A stretch of 64,000 nt of DNA from Bdellovibrionales bacterium. Lineage in GTDB: Bacteria > Bdellovibrionota > Bdellovibrionia > Bdellovibrionales > UBA1609. The notes under the pieces were generated by a model. The model was not told the origin of the DNA. It did no database searches and worked only from the letters and a program-made list of their open reading frames with translations. Below are positions 20,172 to 27,256 of the stretch, one piece after another. Position numbers and translations under genes: made by a program. Where the stretch lies: assembly GCA_965242515.1 (NCBI GenBank), contig OZ251448.1:722420-786419 (forward strand). Reading direction: 5' to 3'. Numbering within the stretch: the first letter of the stretch is position 1; the number at the start of each line of letters is the position of its first letter.

Positions 20172-20819
20172 CTATGTACATAACCCTGTACTAGCTCCAC
20201 AATCTCCATTTGTGGCGAATTGCTTACATAATTTTGTAGGAGATGCCGAACAACCCGTATCCATATTTGTAGTAGATGCACTCGCACAATCATTTGTTGC
20301 ACTTTGACAAGTTTTTAAAGGACTTGCAGGCTTTTCTTTCCCGTCATCACCAGATGCTGTACATCCAGTTTGAGTAATCCCACAAATTTTTGTTTTACCT
20401 ATCAAAGCCCCCCCGTATGTTCTAAAGGTTGATCCGTTAGATGTATCCATTGACACACAAACTTTAAATTCATTATTAGCTGTACCTTTACTTATTTCAG
20501 CACAAAAGTTTGTTCCGCCTTTACCTACAGTACAAGTAGCGTCCCCAGGGCATGATATGCTTATCTTACCTAAGGTATCACAAGACCCAAAATCGTTTAA
20601 AACTAAGCAATTTTGTAAAGCTTTAACTATATTTGACGCTGAAGTATCACTTGCCACTCTCGCCGCATTATCCTTATAGTTTTTAAACTGCGGAATTGCT
20701 ATCGCTGATATAATACCAATAATAGACACAGCTACCAACACCTCCAGCAAGCTAAAACCCTTATTGTTTAAGAGCTTTTTACATCGCTTGCGTGTAAAAA
20801 ATTGTTTTATTTTATTCAT
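20172..20819 (-). CDS. type IV pilin-like protein (prepilin with N-terminal cleavage/methylation motif), Cys-rich
   Basis: ...LLNNKG|FSLLEVLVAVSIIGIISAIAIPQF matches G|F(T/S)LxE with Glu at +5. 21-aa leader. 14 Cys in the mature part. AAGGAGG Shine-Dalgarno upstream. Confidence 0.8.
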   Translation of the reverse strand: MNKIKQFFTRKRCKKLLNNKGFSLLEVLVAVSIIGIISAIAIPQFKNYKDNAARVASDTSASNIVKALQNCLVLNDFGSCDTLGKISISCPGDATCTVGKGGTNFCAEISKGTANNEFKVCVSMDTSNGSTFRTYGGALIGKTKICGITQTGCTASGDDGKEKPASPLKTCQSATNDCASASTTNMDTGCSASPTKLCKQFATNGDCGASTGLCT

Positions 20820-20839
20820 TGTATCCTCCTTGTTGTTGT

Positions 20840-21151
20840 TTATTGTTTGTTTTTGTTTATCCTAGAATCAAAGCCTCTTAACTCCTTAGCTTCAGACGCT
20901 CCAACTCCCTTTAATCCATAATCCCATTCCATACCCCTAAGTTTTAAATCTGAATTGTACTTTTCAGCATGTTTTTTTAAAATCTCTAACTTGTGATTTG
21001 TATCCTTTACATAAGATTCCCACCTTGTGATCCTGTTATAGTAATAAAGTCCATAAAAACTTATACAGCACATGGTGAATCCAAAATGCATAAATAACAG
21101 AGCCGTTATGAATTTCTTATCATACTTTGTAAGGTTTGATTTTTCAGACAT
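20840..21151 (-). CDS. hypothetical small membrane protein, probably co-transcribed with the pilin
   Basis: The track ORF extends to 21214. ATG at the complement of 21149-21151 is preceded by GGAGG. One hydrophobic segment (FITALLFMHFGFTMCCISFYGLYYY). Confidence 0.45.
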   Translation of the reverse strand: MSEKSNLTKYDKKFITALLFMHFGFTMCCISFYGLYYYNRITRWESYVKDTNHKLEILKKHAEKYNSDLKLRGMEWDYGLKGVGASEAKELRGFDSRINKNKQ

Positions 21152-21239
21152 TACTGCCTCCATGTGTTTCAATTTGGGTGGATTCCTGCTCAACATTATC
21201 TCTGTCAATATCACTTAATAAACTATTTCTTTGGTATAA

Positions 21240-21347
21240 GGGGAAAAACCAATTCAAAACGAGTTCGGATTTAACGCAAAGTGGTAGCCTTTGGCTAACA
21301 CTTTTGCGGTAAACCGCAGTCCAAAGCTTTTGACTTGGTTTTTCCCC
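21240..21347. repeat. ~110-nt imperfect palindromic element, copy 1 (subfamily a)
   Basis: ggggaaaaaccaattcaaaacgagttcggatttaacgcaaagtggtagcctttggctaacacttttgcggtaaaccgcagtccaaagcttttgacttggtttttcccc. The outer, middle and apical arms are self-complementary. Confidence 0.85.
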
Positions 21348-21413
21348 TATACGCATAAAGTAGTCATAAGCGAATAATCCTCTCTGCACTTTATTATGTA
21401 CAAATAACTTTCT

Positions 21414-21476
21414 GGATTCCCGCCTTCGCGGGAATGACAGTGGATGCAGGAATGACAGCGGACGCAGAAATGACAA
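21414..21476. repeat. REP-like unit: palindrome ATTCCCGC-CTTC-GCGGGAAT followed by degenerate GAATGACA repeats
   Basis: ggattcccgccttcgcgggaatgacagtggatgcaggaatgacagcggacgcagaaatgaca. The same unit recurs at 21765, 39344 and 63799, and in inverted form at 63745. Confidence 0.85.
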
Positions 21477-21524
21477 TGGTAGAAAAACCAGATTCGAAAA
21501 CAAAAACATATATGCTTCATTGCA

Positions 21525-21637
21525 GAGAGAAAAACCATGCTCAAAACGAGTTCGGATTTGATACAAAGTGGTAAGCTGAAAGCTTGACACTTTGTAGCAA
21601 ACCGCATGTTTGAGATTTTGAGCTCGGTTTTTCTCTC
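21525..21637. repeat. ~110-nt imperfect palindromic element, copy 2 (subfamily b)
   Basis: gagagaaaaaccatgctcaaaacgagttcggatttgatacaaagtggtaagctgaaagcttgacactttgtagcaaaccgcatgtttgagattttgagctcggtttttctctc. Confidence 0.85.
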
Positions 21638-21764
21638 TGTGAAAGAAACTTTTTAAATAATGAACCAGCCTGGATTCCTGCCTTCGCACACCCAAAGGGT
21701 GTTTATTTTGACACACTCCTTGCACCAACAACTTAATAGCTGTCAATGGTACAAAATTCTTGCT

Positions 21765-21826
21765 GGATTCCCGCCTTCGCGGGAATGACAGTTGACGAAG
21801 AAATGACAGTTGACGAAAAAATGACG
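21765..21826. repeat. REP-like unit (ATTCCCGC-CTTC-GCGGGAAT + GAAATGACA repeats)
   Basis: ggattcccgccttcgcgggaatgacagttgacgaagaaatgacagttgacgaaaaaatgacg. Confidence 0.85.
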
Positions 21827-21905
21827 AGCGATGAAAGAAATAAAACAGATAACTAATGTAATTCTTTAATGCTGTTTTTAAATAGTGAAATGATGTTCTT
21901 GAATA

Positions 21906-22015
21906 GTGAGAAAACCAATTCAAAACGAGTTCGGATTTGATACAAAGTGGTAAGCTGAAAAGCTTGACACTTTGTGGCAAACCGCATGTTTGAGCTTTTG
22001 ACTTGGTTTTCTCAC
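21906..22015. repeat. ~110-nt imperfect palindromic element, copy 3 (subfamily b)
   Basis: gtgagaaaaccaattcaaaacgagttcggatttgatacaaagtggtaagctgaaaagcttgacactttgtggcaaaccgcatgtttgagcttttgacttggttttctcac. Confidence 0.85.
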
Positions 22016-22144
22016 TAACCAAGTACTTACAACTAACCAAATATTTATAGAACCGAGTAAAGAGAAAACGATAAAGAGCGTTAGCTCTTTTACTCCCCCC
22101 GCTTAGTAAGCGGGGGGTTGGGGGGGTGATTAAATTAATTAATA

Positions 22145-22296
22145 GATGTAACGATGTAACGATGTAACGATGTAACGATGTAACGATGTAACGATGTAAC
22201 GATGTAACGATGTAACGATGTAACGATGTAACGATGTAACGATGTAACGATGTAACGATGTAACGATGTAACGATGTAACGATGTAACGATGTAAC
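22145..22296. repeat. perfect tandem array, 19 x 8 bp (GATGTAAC)
   Basis: Counted unit by unit: first unit 22145-22152, last 22289-22296, no mismatch. This array generates the spurious RYIVTSLH-repeat ORFs in the track. Confidence 0.95.
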
Positions 22297-22607
22297 GAGA
22301 ATAACACATTAGCTTCATATTGTCAAGCCTTTGTGTAAAAATAATCTTACTAAAAGTAAGTTTAAAAAAAAGCATTAAAAATTATCTCCAATAGTGTTGT
22401 GCCTTAATGTTAGCTTTATCGGCGGGATTAAAAAAGACTTTAGTACTTTTTTTTAAAATAATCTGGACTTGTGGCTGGATTTTAAACAGCAACAATTTTT
22501 GTCACCGCCCGTGGCTCGCCAAAAAACCCACCACTGGGCTAGTTAGTGACTAGGTTTTAAACAATCGCCCCGCTTAAAAAAAAAATTAAAGTTTTTTTAC
22601 TTTTTTT

Positions 22608-22665
22608 CTAAAGTGTCTCATTTTGAGACACTATTGTTAAAGATAATAACTTGCTTTAAATTATC
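22608..22665. repeat. ~55-bp repeat with a perfect palindromic core (copy 2 of 2)
   Basis: ctaaagtgtctcattttgagacactattgttaaagataataacttgctttaa. agtgtctc/gagacact is a perfect 8-bp inverted repeat. Matches 17897-17955. Confidence 0.6.
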
Positions 22666-22710
22666 TTGCATCAATCTATATTTGAAGCACTGATGCAAAC
22701 TTTTTAAGAT

Positions 22711-22785
22711 GGGTTCTTTAAGCTTTCAGAAAAAGAGCTAAAAAAGCTACAAAAAAAGCATATCTCAAGCAAAAACACCATGTAA
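22711..22785 (+). pseudogene. relic of the 3' end of an Rpn-family gene
   Basis: Translates GFFKLSEKELKKLQKKHISSKNTM*. Protein and DNA resemble the C-terminus of the intact Rpn gene (GLSEKELKKLQKQHSKKQ*; ctatcagaaaaagagcttaaaaagctacagaaacagcat vs ctttcagaaaaagagctaaaaaagctacaaaaaaagcat). No upstream body. Confidence 0.4.
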
Positions 22786-23001
22786 CTGGAGAGGTAATTG
22801 TTTGGCAGAAAAATAAAAAAATCTCTGTAATTTCAATAGTTTAACCCATGTAACGGGCATGTAACTGGAGGAGCTGATTACATGGCAATAAAATGAAAAA
22901 AGTTCTTTGATTTTAAGGGTTTAAGCCATGTAACTCAGCATGTAACTGGAAATGAGTAGTGAATATTCGCAAAAAAAGCTGTTTTTAGTGAGTTATCAGG
23001 G
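22766..23001. repeat. direct repeat A flanking the Schlafen-like gene (28-bp head + 178-bp body) with five ATGTAAC motifs
   Basis: Body 22824-23001 equals 24695-24872 with 4 mismatches in 178. ATGTAAC at 22780, 22848, 22859, 22928 and 22940. Confidence 0.9.
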
Positions 23002-23129
23002 TGTAGTGTATAAAAAATAAGCTTAATTTTTAAGTAAAAATGGAGCTGAAACTTGCAATCTTTGTAAATTTTAGGACTTAGGTTTTAATACTTAAAAATA
23101 AATTGTATGTATGATACCCTGTTATTGTA

Positions 23130-24581
23130 ATGAACAATTCGCAATTTAAACAACTCATAAAAAGCCTTTTACAAGCTCAGGAATCAGAGTGGTTGGAATT
23201 TAAAAAGAGCAATGATAATCCTGATGGTATTGGCAAAAACATATCTGCTATTTCTAACTCAATAGCATTATTAGGAAGGGACCAAGGGTATATATTATGG
23301 GGTATTGATAATAAGAGCAAAAAAATTTTAGGAACAAGCTTTCAACCCAAAAAATTTAAGATCGGAAATGAAGAGTTGGAAAATTGGCTTTCAAGATTGT
23401 TAAATCCTAAAATTGATTTTAGGATTTATGAAAAAGAAATTGATAAAAAAAATATTATTTTGTTGGAAATTAAGTCTTCTGTAAACCAGCCTACAAGGTT
23501 TAAAGGTATTGAATACATACGCATTGGAAGTTATACAAAAAAATTACAAGAACATCCTGAAAAAGAGAAAACACTTTGGAAAGTATTTGATGTTAAGTCT
23601 TTTGAAAATGGGATAGCTTTGGAAAATATCACTTCTGATGAAGTTTTGAAATTGATAGACTACCCAGGTTATTTTAAAAAGGCTGATCAGCCTATTCCTG
23701 AAAAGCATTCTTCTATCTTAGATCGTTTAACGACTGAACAAATTATTGTTCCTAAAAATGCTTCTGGAATCTATAACATAACAAATCTAGGTGCTGTTTT
23801 ATTTTGTAATGATTTAAAAAATTTCCAAAGGCTTATTAAAAAAGCACCAAGAGTTATTGTTTATAAAGGGACTGACCGTATTCATGGAATAAGAGAAAAA
23901 CAATTTAATAAAGGATATGCTATAGATTTTGAAAATATCGTTGATTATGTTGACAGTCAGGTTCCTAAAAATGAGGAAATACAAAAATCTCTTCGTAAAG
24001 AAGTTTCTATGTACCCTACTTTAGCTATTCGGGAACTTATAGCTAATGCACTTATACATCAGGATTTTAATTCTAAAGGTTCTGGACCAATGATTGAGAT
24101 TTTTTCTGATAGAATGGAAATTTCTAACCCTGGAAAACCGCTAATTGATACTCTTCGTTTTATAGATGAACCTCCTAAATCAAGAAATGAATTTATAGTT
24201 AATTTTATGAGACGAGTGAATATCTGTGAAGATAGAGGAAGTGGTATTGATAAAGTTATTTTTGAAATCGAATTTTATCAATTACCAGCACCAGATTTTC
24301 GGGAAACAGGTTTTTCCACAATTGTTACACTTTTTGCAACAAAAACATTTTCTAAAATGACCACTGAAGAGCGAATAAGAGCCTGTTATCAGCATGCTTG
24401 TCTTCAGTGGGTTTCAGGGCGGTTTCTGACTAATTCAAGCCTTAGAAAAAGATTTGGCATTTCTGACAAAAACTATCCTATGGTTTCTCAAGTGATACGC
24501 ACTAGTATAGAAAAAAAGTTGATAAGAAAAAAAAATGATCATAATTCCAATACTCATTCTTATATTCCAGCTTGGGGATAG
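23130..24581 (+). CDS. Schlafen/AlbA_2-domain + HATPase_c_4 + C-terminal wHTH putative regulator (RecG-like annotation family)
   Basis: ESEWLEFKKS (AlbA_2 signature). RELIANALIHQDF...IEIFSDRMEISNPGKPL (HATPase_c_4 signature). C-terminal FLTNSSLRKRFGISDKNYPMVSQVIRTSIEKKLI looks like a wHTH. Confidence 0.8.
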   Translation: MNNSQFKQLIKSLLQAQESEWLEFKKSNDNPDGIGKNISAISNSIALLGRDQGYILWGIDNKSKKILGTSFQPKKFKIGNEELENWLSRLLNPKIDFRIYEKEIDKKNIILLEIKSSVNQPTRFKGIEYIRIGSYTKKLQEHPEKEKTLWKVFDVKSFENGIALENITSDEVLKLIDYPGYFKKADQPIPEKHSSILDRLTTEQIIVPKNASGIYNITNLGAVLFCNDLKNFQRLIKKAPRVIVYKGTDRIHGIREKQFNKGYAIDFENIVDYVDSQVPKNEEIQKSLRKEVSMYPTLAIRELIANALIHQDFNSKGSGPMIEIFSDRMEISNPGKPLIDTLRFIDEPPKSRNEFIVNFMRRVNICEDRGSGIDKVIFEIEFYQLPAPDFRETGFSTIVTLFATKTFSKMTTEERIRACYQHACLQWVSGRFLTNSSLRKRFGISDKNYPMVSQVIRTSIEKKLIRKKNDHNSNTHSYIPAWG

Positions 24582-24635
24582 ATCAGAAATATAAGCTATA
24601 AAAATCTGTTTATTTTATAACCATCATTAATTTTT

Positions 24636-24872
24636 CAAGCAAAAAAACCATGTAACTGGAGGGTATGATGCGTTGCATTAAAACATCATAAAGTTCTGTA
24701 ATTTCAATAGTTTAACCCATGTAACGGGCATGTAACTGGAGGAGGTGATTACATGGCAATAAAATGAAAAAAGTTCTTTGATTTTAAGGGTTTAAGCCAT
24801 GTAACTCAGCAGGTAACTGGAAATGAGTAGTGAATATTCGAAAAAAAAGCTGTTTCTAGTGAGTTATCAGGG
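24636..24872. repeat. direct repeat B (partner of 22766-23001)
   Basis: Same-order motifs. The fifth motif is AGGTAAC instead of ATGTAAC. Confidence 0.9.
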
Positions 24873-24885
24873 ATTAACGCAAGAG

Positions 24886-24910
24886 CAAAGCAAAGCAAAG
24901 CAAAGCAAAT
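24886..24910. repeat. short pentanucleotide repeat (CAAAG)4 + CAAAT
   Basis: caaagcaaagcaaagcaaagcaaat read directly. Confidence 0.8.
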
Positions 24911-25053
24911 AAGGTAAAACAGGCACCCAGTAATTAAATAGCAACTTCTTACAGCCTGAGCTGAGAAGGCATATTCCCACAAACCACCAGAACATAAAAG
25001 CTTGTAATTTTTACACCTTTAAAAAAAAAATATCTTTTATTTATAATCGGTTA

Positions 25054-25805
25054 GGGTCATGACAACTTAAGCCTTACATGATAAGGTTTAAATCTTGAAA
25101 ATTATTAAGAAAAATAAGTATTTTGTGCGTTCCCGCATTTCTGAGAAGAAATTTCGCCATATTATTAAGCTTTTTTCGAATGATCTCACAGCTTCACAAA
25201 TTGCTAGATTATCCAATATTAGCAGAAATTCTGTTAATAAAATCTTAAAAACTGTAAGATTAAAGATAGCTCAATTTTGTGAAAAAGAAAGTTTTTTTAA
25301 AAAAGGAGAAGTAGAAATAGATGAAAGTTATTTTGGAGCTAGACGAATCAAAGGCAGAAGAGGAAGAGGATCTTATGGTAAAACTATTGTGTTTGGTCTT
25401 AAACAAAGACAAGGTAAGGTTTATACTCAAATTATTAAAAATTGTTCACACAAGACCCTTATTCCCCTTATAAGTAATAGAATATCTAAATCTGCTACTG
25501 TTTATACAGATGGTTTTAAAAGCTACGATGGTCTAGTCAATATGGGTTACAAAAAACATTATCGTGTGTATCATGGGAAGAATGAATTTGCCACAAAACG
25601 AGGTAATGTGAAGAATCATATTAATGGTATAGAAAGCTTTTGGGGGACCTCCAAAGTGAGGTTATCAAAGTTTAGAGGAATGGATAAAGATACTTTTTAC
25701 TTGCATCTTAAAGAATGTGAGTTTAGGTTTAATCACAGGAAGGATGACTTGTATACTTTGTTGTTAAAAATGATTAAAAATAACCCGCTTAAGTTGTCAT
25801 GACCC
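25054..25805 (+). mobile_element. intact IS1595-family insertion sequence with target-site duplication
   Basis: Perfect 19-bp terminal inverted repeats: gggtcatgacaacttaagc (25054-25072) and gcttaagttgtcatgaccc (25787-25805). Flanked by the 8-bp direct duplication ATCGGTTA (25046-25053 and 25806-25813). Confidence 0.9.
25095..25802 (+). CDS. IS1595-family DDE transposase
   Basis: IDESYFGARRIKGRRGRGSYGKTIVFGL..., TVYTDGFKSYDGL, NHINGIESFWGTSKVRLSKFRGM and ECEFRFNHR are typical of ISXO2-like/IS1595 transposases. Confidence 0.9.
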   Translation: MKIIKKNKYFVRSRISEKKFRHIIKLFSNDLTASQIARLSNISRNSVNKILKTVRLKIAQFCEKESFFKKGEVEIDESYFGARRIKGRRGRGSYGKTIVFGLKQRQGKVYTQIIKNCSHKTLIPLISNRISKSATVYTDGFKSYDGLVNMGYKKHYRVYHGKNEFATKRGNVKNHINGIESFWGTSKVRLSKFRGMDKDTFYLHLKECEFRFNHRKDDLYTLLLKMIKNNPLKLS

Positions 25806-25861
25806 ATCGGTTATTATAAAAACAGTTTTTCACCAAAAAAGAAAGATAGGAGGATGTATTT

Positions 25862-26533
25862 ATGAAAAATAAAACAATAATTTTAAGTGTGCTGGCTTTA
25901 TCAGTAATGGCTTTATTTTCAAGCTTTAGTTTTGCAGGCTGGGGTGGTGCATATTCGTATATGGAAGGCGAAAGCTCATCTTTACCAATATCTCATGCCC
26001 TTTATTTAAAAGAAGATGGTACGGTTTGTGTGGCTGATTTTGAAGGTCAAAGTGAAGATTTATTAGCACAATTAAAAAGCAACACTTCAATTACAAAATG
26101 CAGTGATAAAGATACAAGGCAAGTGGCTACAACTTACAGTCAATACTTTTATAATGACAATAATTCTTTTAAGGCAACAAAAGTGGCACTACCAGCTATG
26201 TTAGGTGGTGGAATTGCTTCAGCAGTAGTAGGATGTGTAATGGGGCATCTAGGAGCAAAAGTACAAGCAGAAAATCGCATAACTGATAATAGAATCATAG
26301 GTGTGGATGCATCTGATGGTGTATCTGATATGGAACCTCGAGAATCAATGATAGCTGGTGGTGCGGCTGGTATAATAGGAGGTTTTCCAGTGCTGGGTGC
26401 TCTAGAATCGGCAGCTGGTATTCTTGTAGAATTCAGTGGTCTGGCAGTATCGGGAGCTTTGGGTGCTTTTATTTGTGGTAAAACCACTTATGAGTATATG
26501 GGGCAAGGCTCTGATGAAAATCACGACAATTAA
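25862..26533 (+). CDS. secreted protein with glycine-zipper hydrophobic segments (paralogous C-terminus to 27257..28867)
   Basis: Signal peptide MKNKTIILSVLALSVMALFSSFSFA. GGGIASAVVGCVMG, IAGGAAGIIGGFPVLGA, GLAVSGALGAFICGKTTYEY. AGGAGG Shine-Dalgarno upstream. Confidence 0.55.
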   Translation: MKNKTIILSVLALSVMALFSSFSFAGWGGAYSYMEGESSSLPISHALYLKEDGTVCVADFEGQSEDLLAQLKSNTSITKCSDKDTRQVATTYSQYFYNDNNSFKATKVALPAMLGGGIASAVVGCVMGHLGAKVQAENRITDNRIIGVDASDGVSDMEPRESMIAGGAAGIIGGFPVLGALESAAGILVEFSGLAVSGALGAFICGKTTYEYMGQGSDENHDN

Positions 26534-26565
26534 AACCCTCTCTAAAGCTACCATTAATTTTGTTT

Positions 26566-26621
26566 AAAAAATAGTGGCTCGGAAATATTTTCCGAAGTTT
26601 TTAGATAACCACTATTTTTTT
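26566..26621. terminator. bidirectional stem-loop terminator between convergent genes
   Basis: Inner stem tcggaaa-tat-tttccga (26579-26595) followed by agttttt. Outer arms aaaaaatagtgg / ccactattttttt. Confidence 0.6.
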
Positions 26622-26916
26622 ACTTAGTAGTAGAAGAAGTAGTGCGAGAGATAGATTTAGTTTTTTTCTTTTTTTTAGGTGCAAAATATTGTTTGTATTG
26701 TGAGTTTTTTTGAACTTGTAGCCATATCAGTTTATCTAATTTGTCGTTCAAGCGATCTATATGTGCTTCCATACGGTTTTCTACACGGTTGATACGCATT
26801 TCTACCCGGTGGATGTCTCTTTTAATAGGAGATAGCATGGCATTAAACGAAACCAATAATAAACTTAAAAAACCTATAAGAAAAATACCAGCTGTAAATA
26901 AGTCTTTTTTATCCAT
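26620..26916 (-). CDS. hypothetical single-pass membrane coiled-coil protein
   Basis: 98 aa. TM segment LFTAGIFLIGFLSLLLVSF, repeated RVEMRINRVENRMEAHIDRLNDKLDKL, basic tail. Confidence 0.45.
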   Translation of the reverse strand: MDKKDLFTAGIFLIGFLSLLLVSFNAMLSPIKRDIHRVEMRINRVENRMEAHIDRLNDKLDKLIWLQVQKNSQYKQYFAPKKKKKTKSISRTTSSTTK

Positions 26917-27256
26917 AATGTAATTATTATAGCATAATTTAGTGCTTAAAGCAATGTATTAAAAGCCATTTTAGGGCAATAATTAGCCACTTAAAGCCAC
27001 ACACAAAAACTTAAAGCCTGAAACAAAAAAAGCTAAAGATTTCTTATAAAAACAGGACTTTAGGGCTAGTATTTGTTTTCATAATAGAGCTTAAACAAAA
27101 GTCCTAATACTAAAAAATCCAATTATTTTAAGTAGTTATGAGATGAAAAAAAAAAAAAAACGGATTTTTTATTTTATTTTTTATTTTATCTCGCCGATAA
27201 TGATATGTAAGGCTACTTAAAAAGTTAAATAAAGAACATATAAGGAGGAGTAAAAA

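Noticed and set aside
22145-22296. CRISPR array
   Set aside because: The unit is only 8 bp, with no spacers. The other repeat clusters (21.2-22.0 kb, 63.4-63.9 kb) are heterogeneous palindromes, not repeat-spacer arrays. No cas genes are in the window.
21144-22375. Track ORFs 21144..22307 (387 aa), 21347..21607 and 22139..22375 as coding genes
   Set aside because: They are read-throughs of non-coding repeats. The RYIVTSLH repeats come from the 8-bp array, SFPRRRES-type peptides from the REP palindromes, and SELVLNWF-type peptides from the ~110-nt palindromic elements. There is no RBS and no domain, and they overlap each other.
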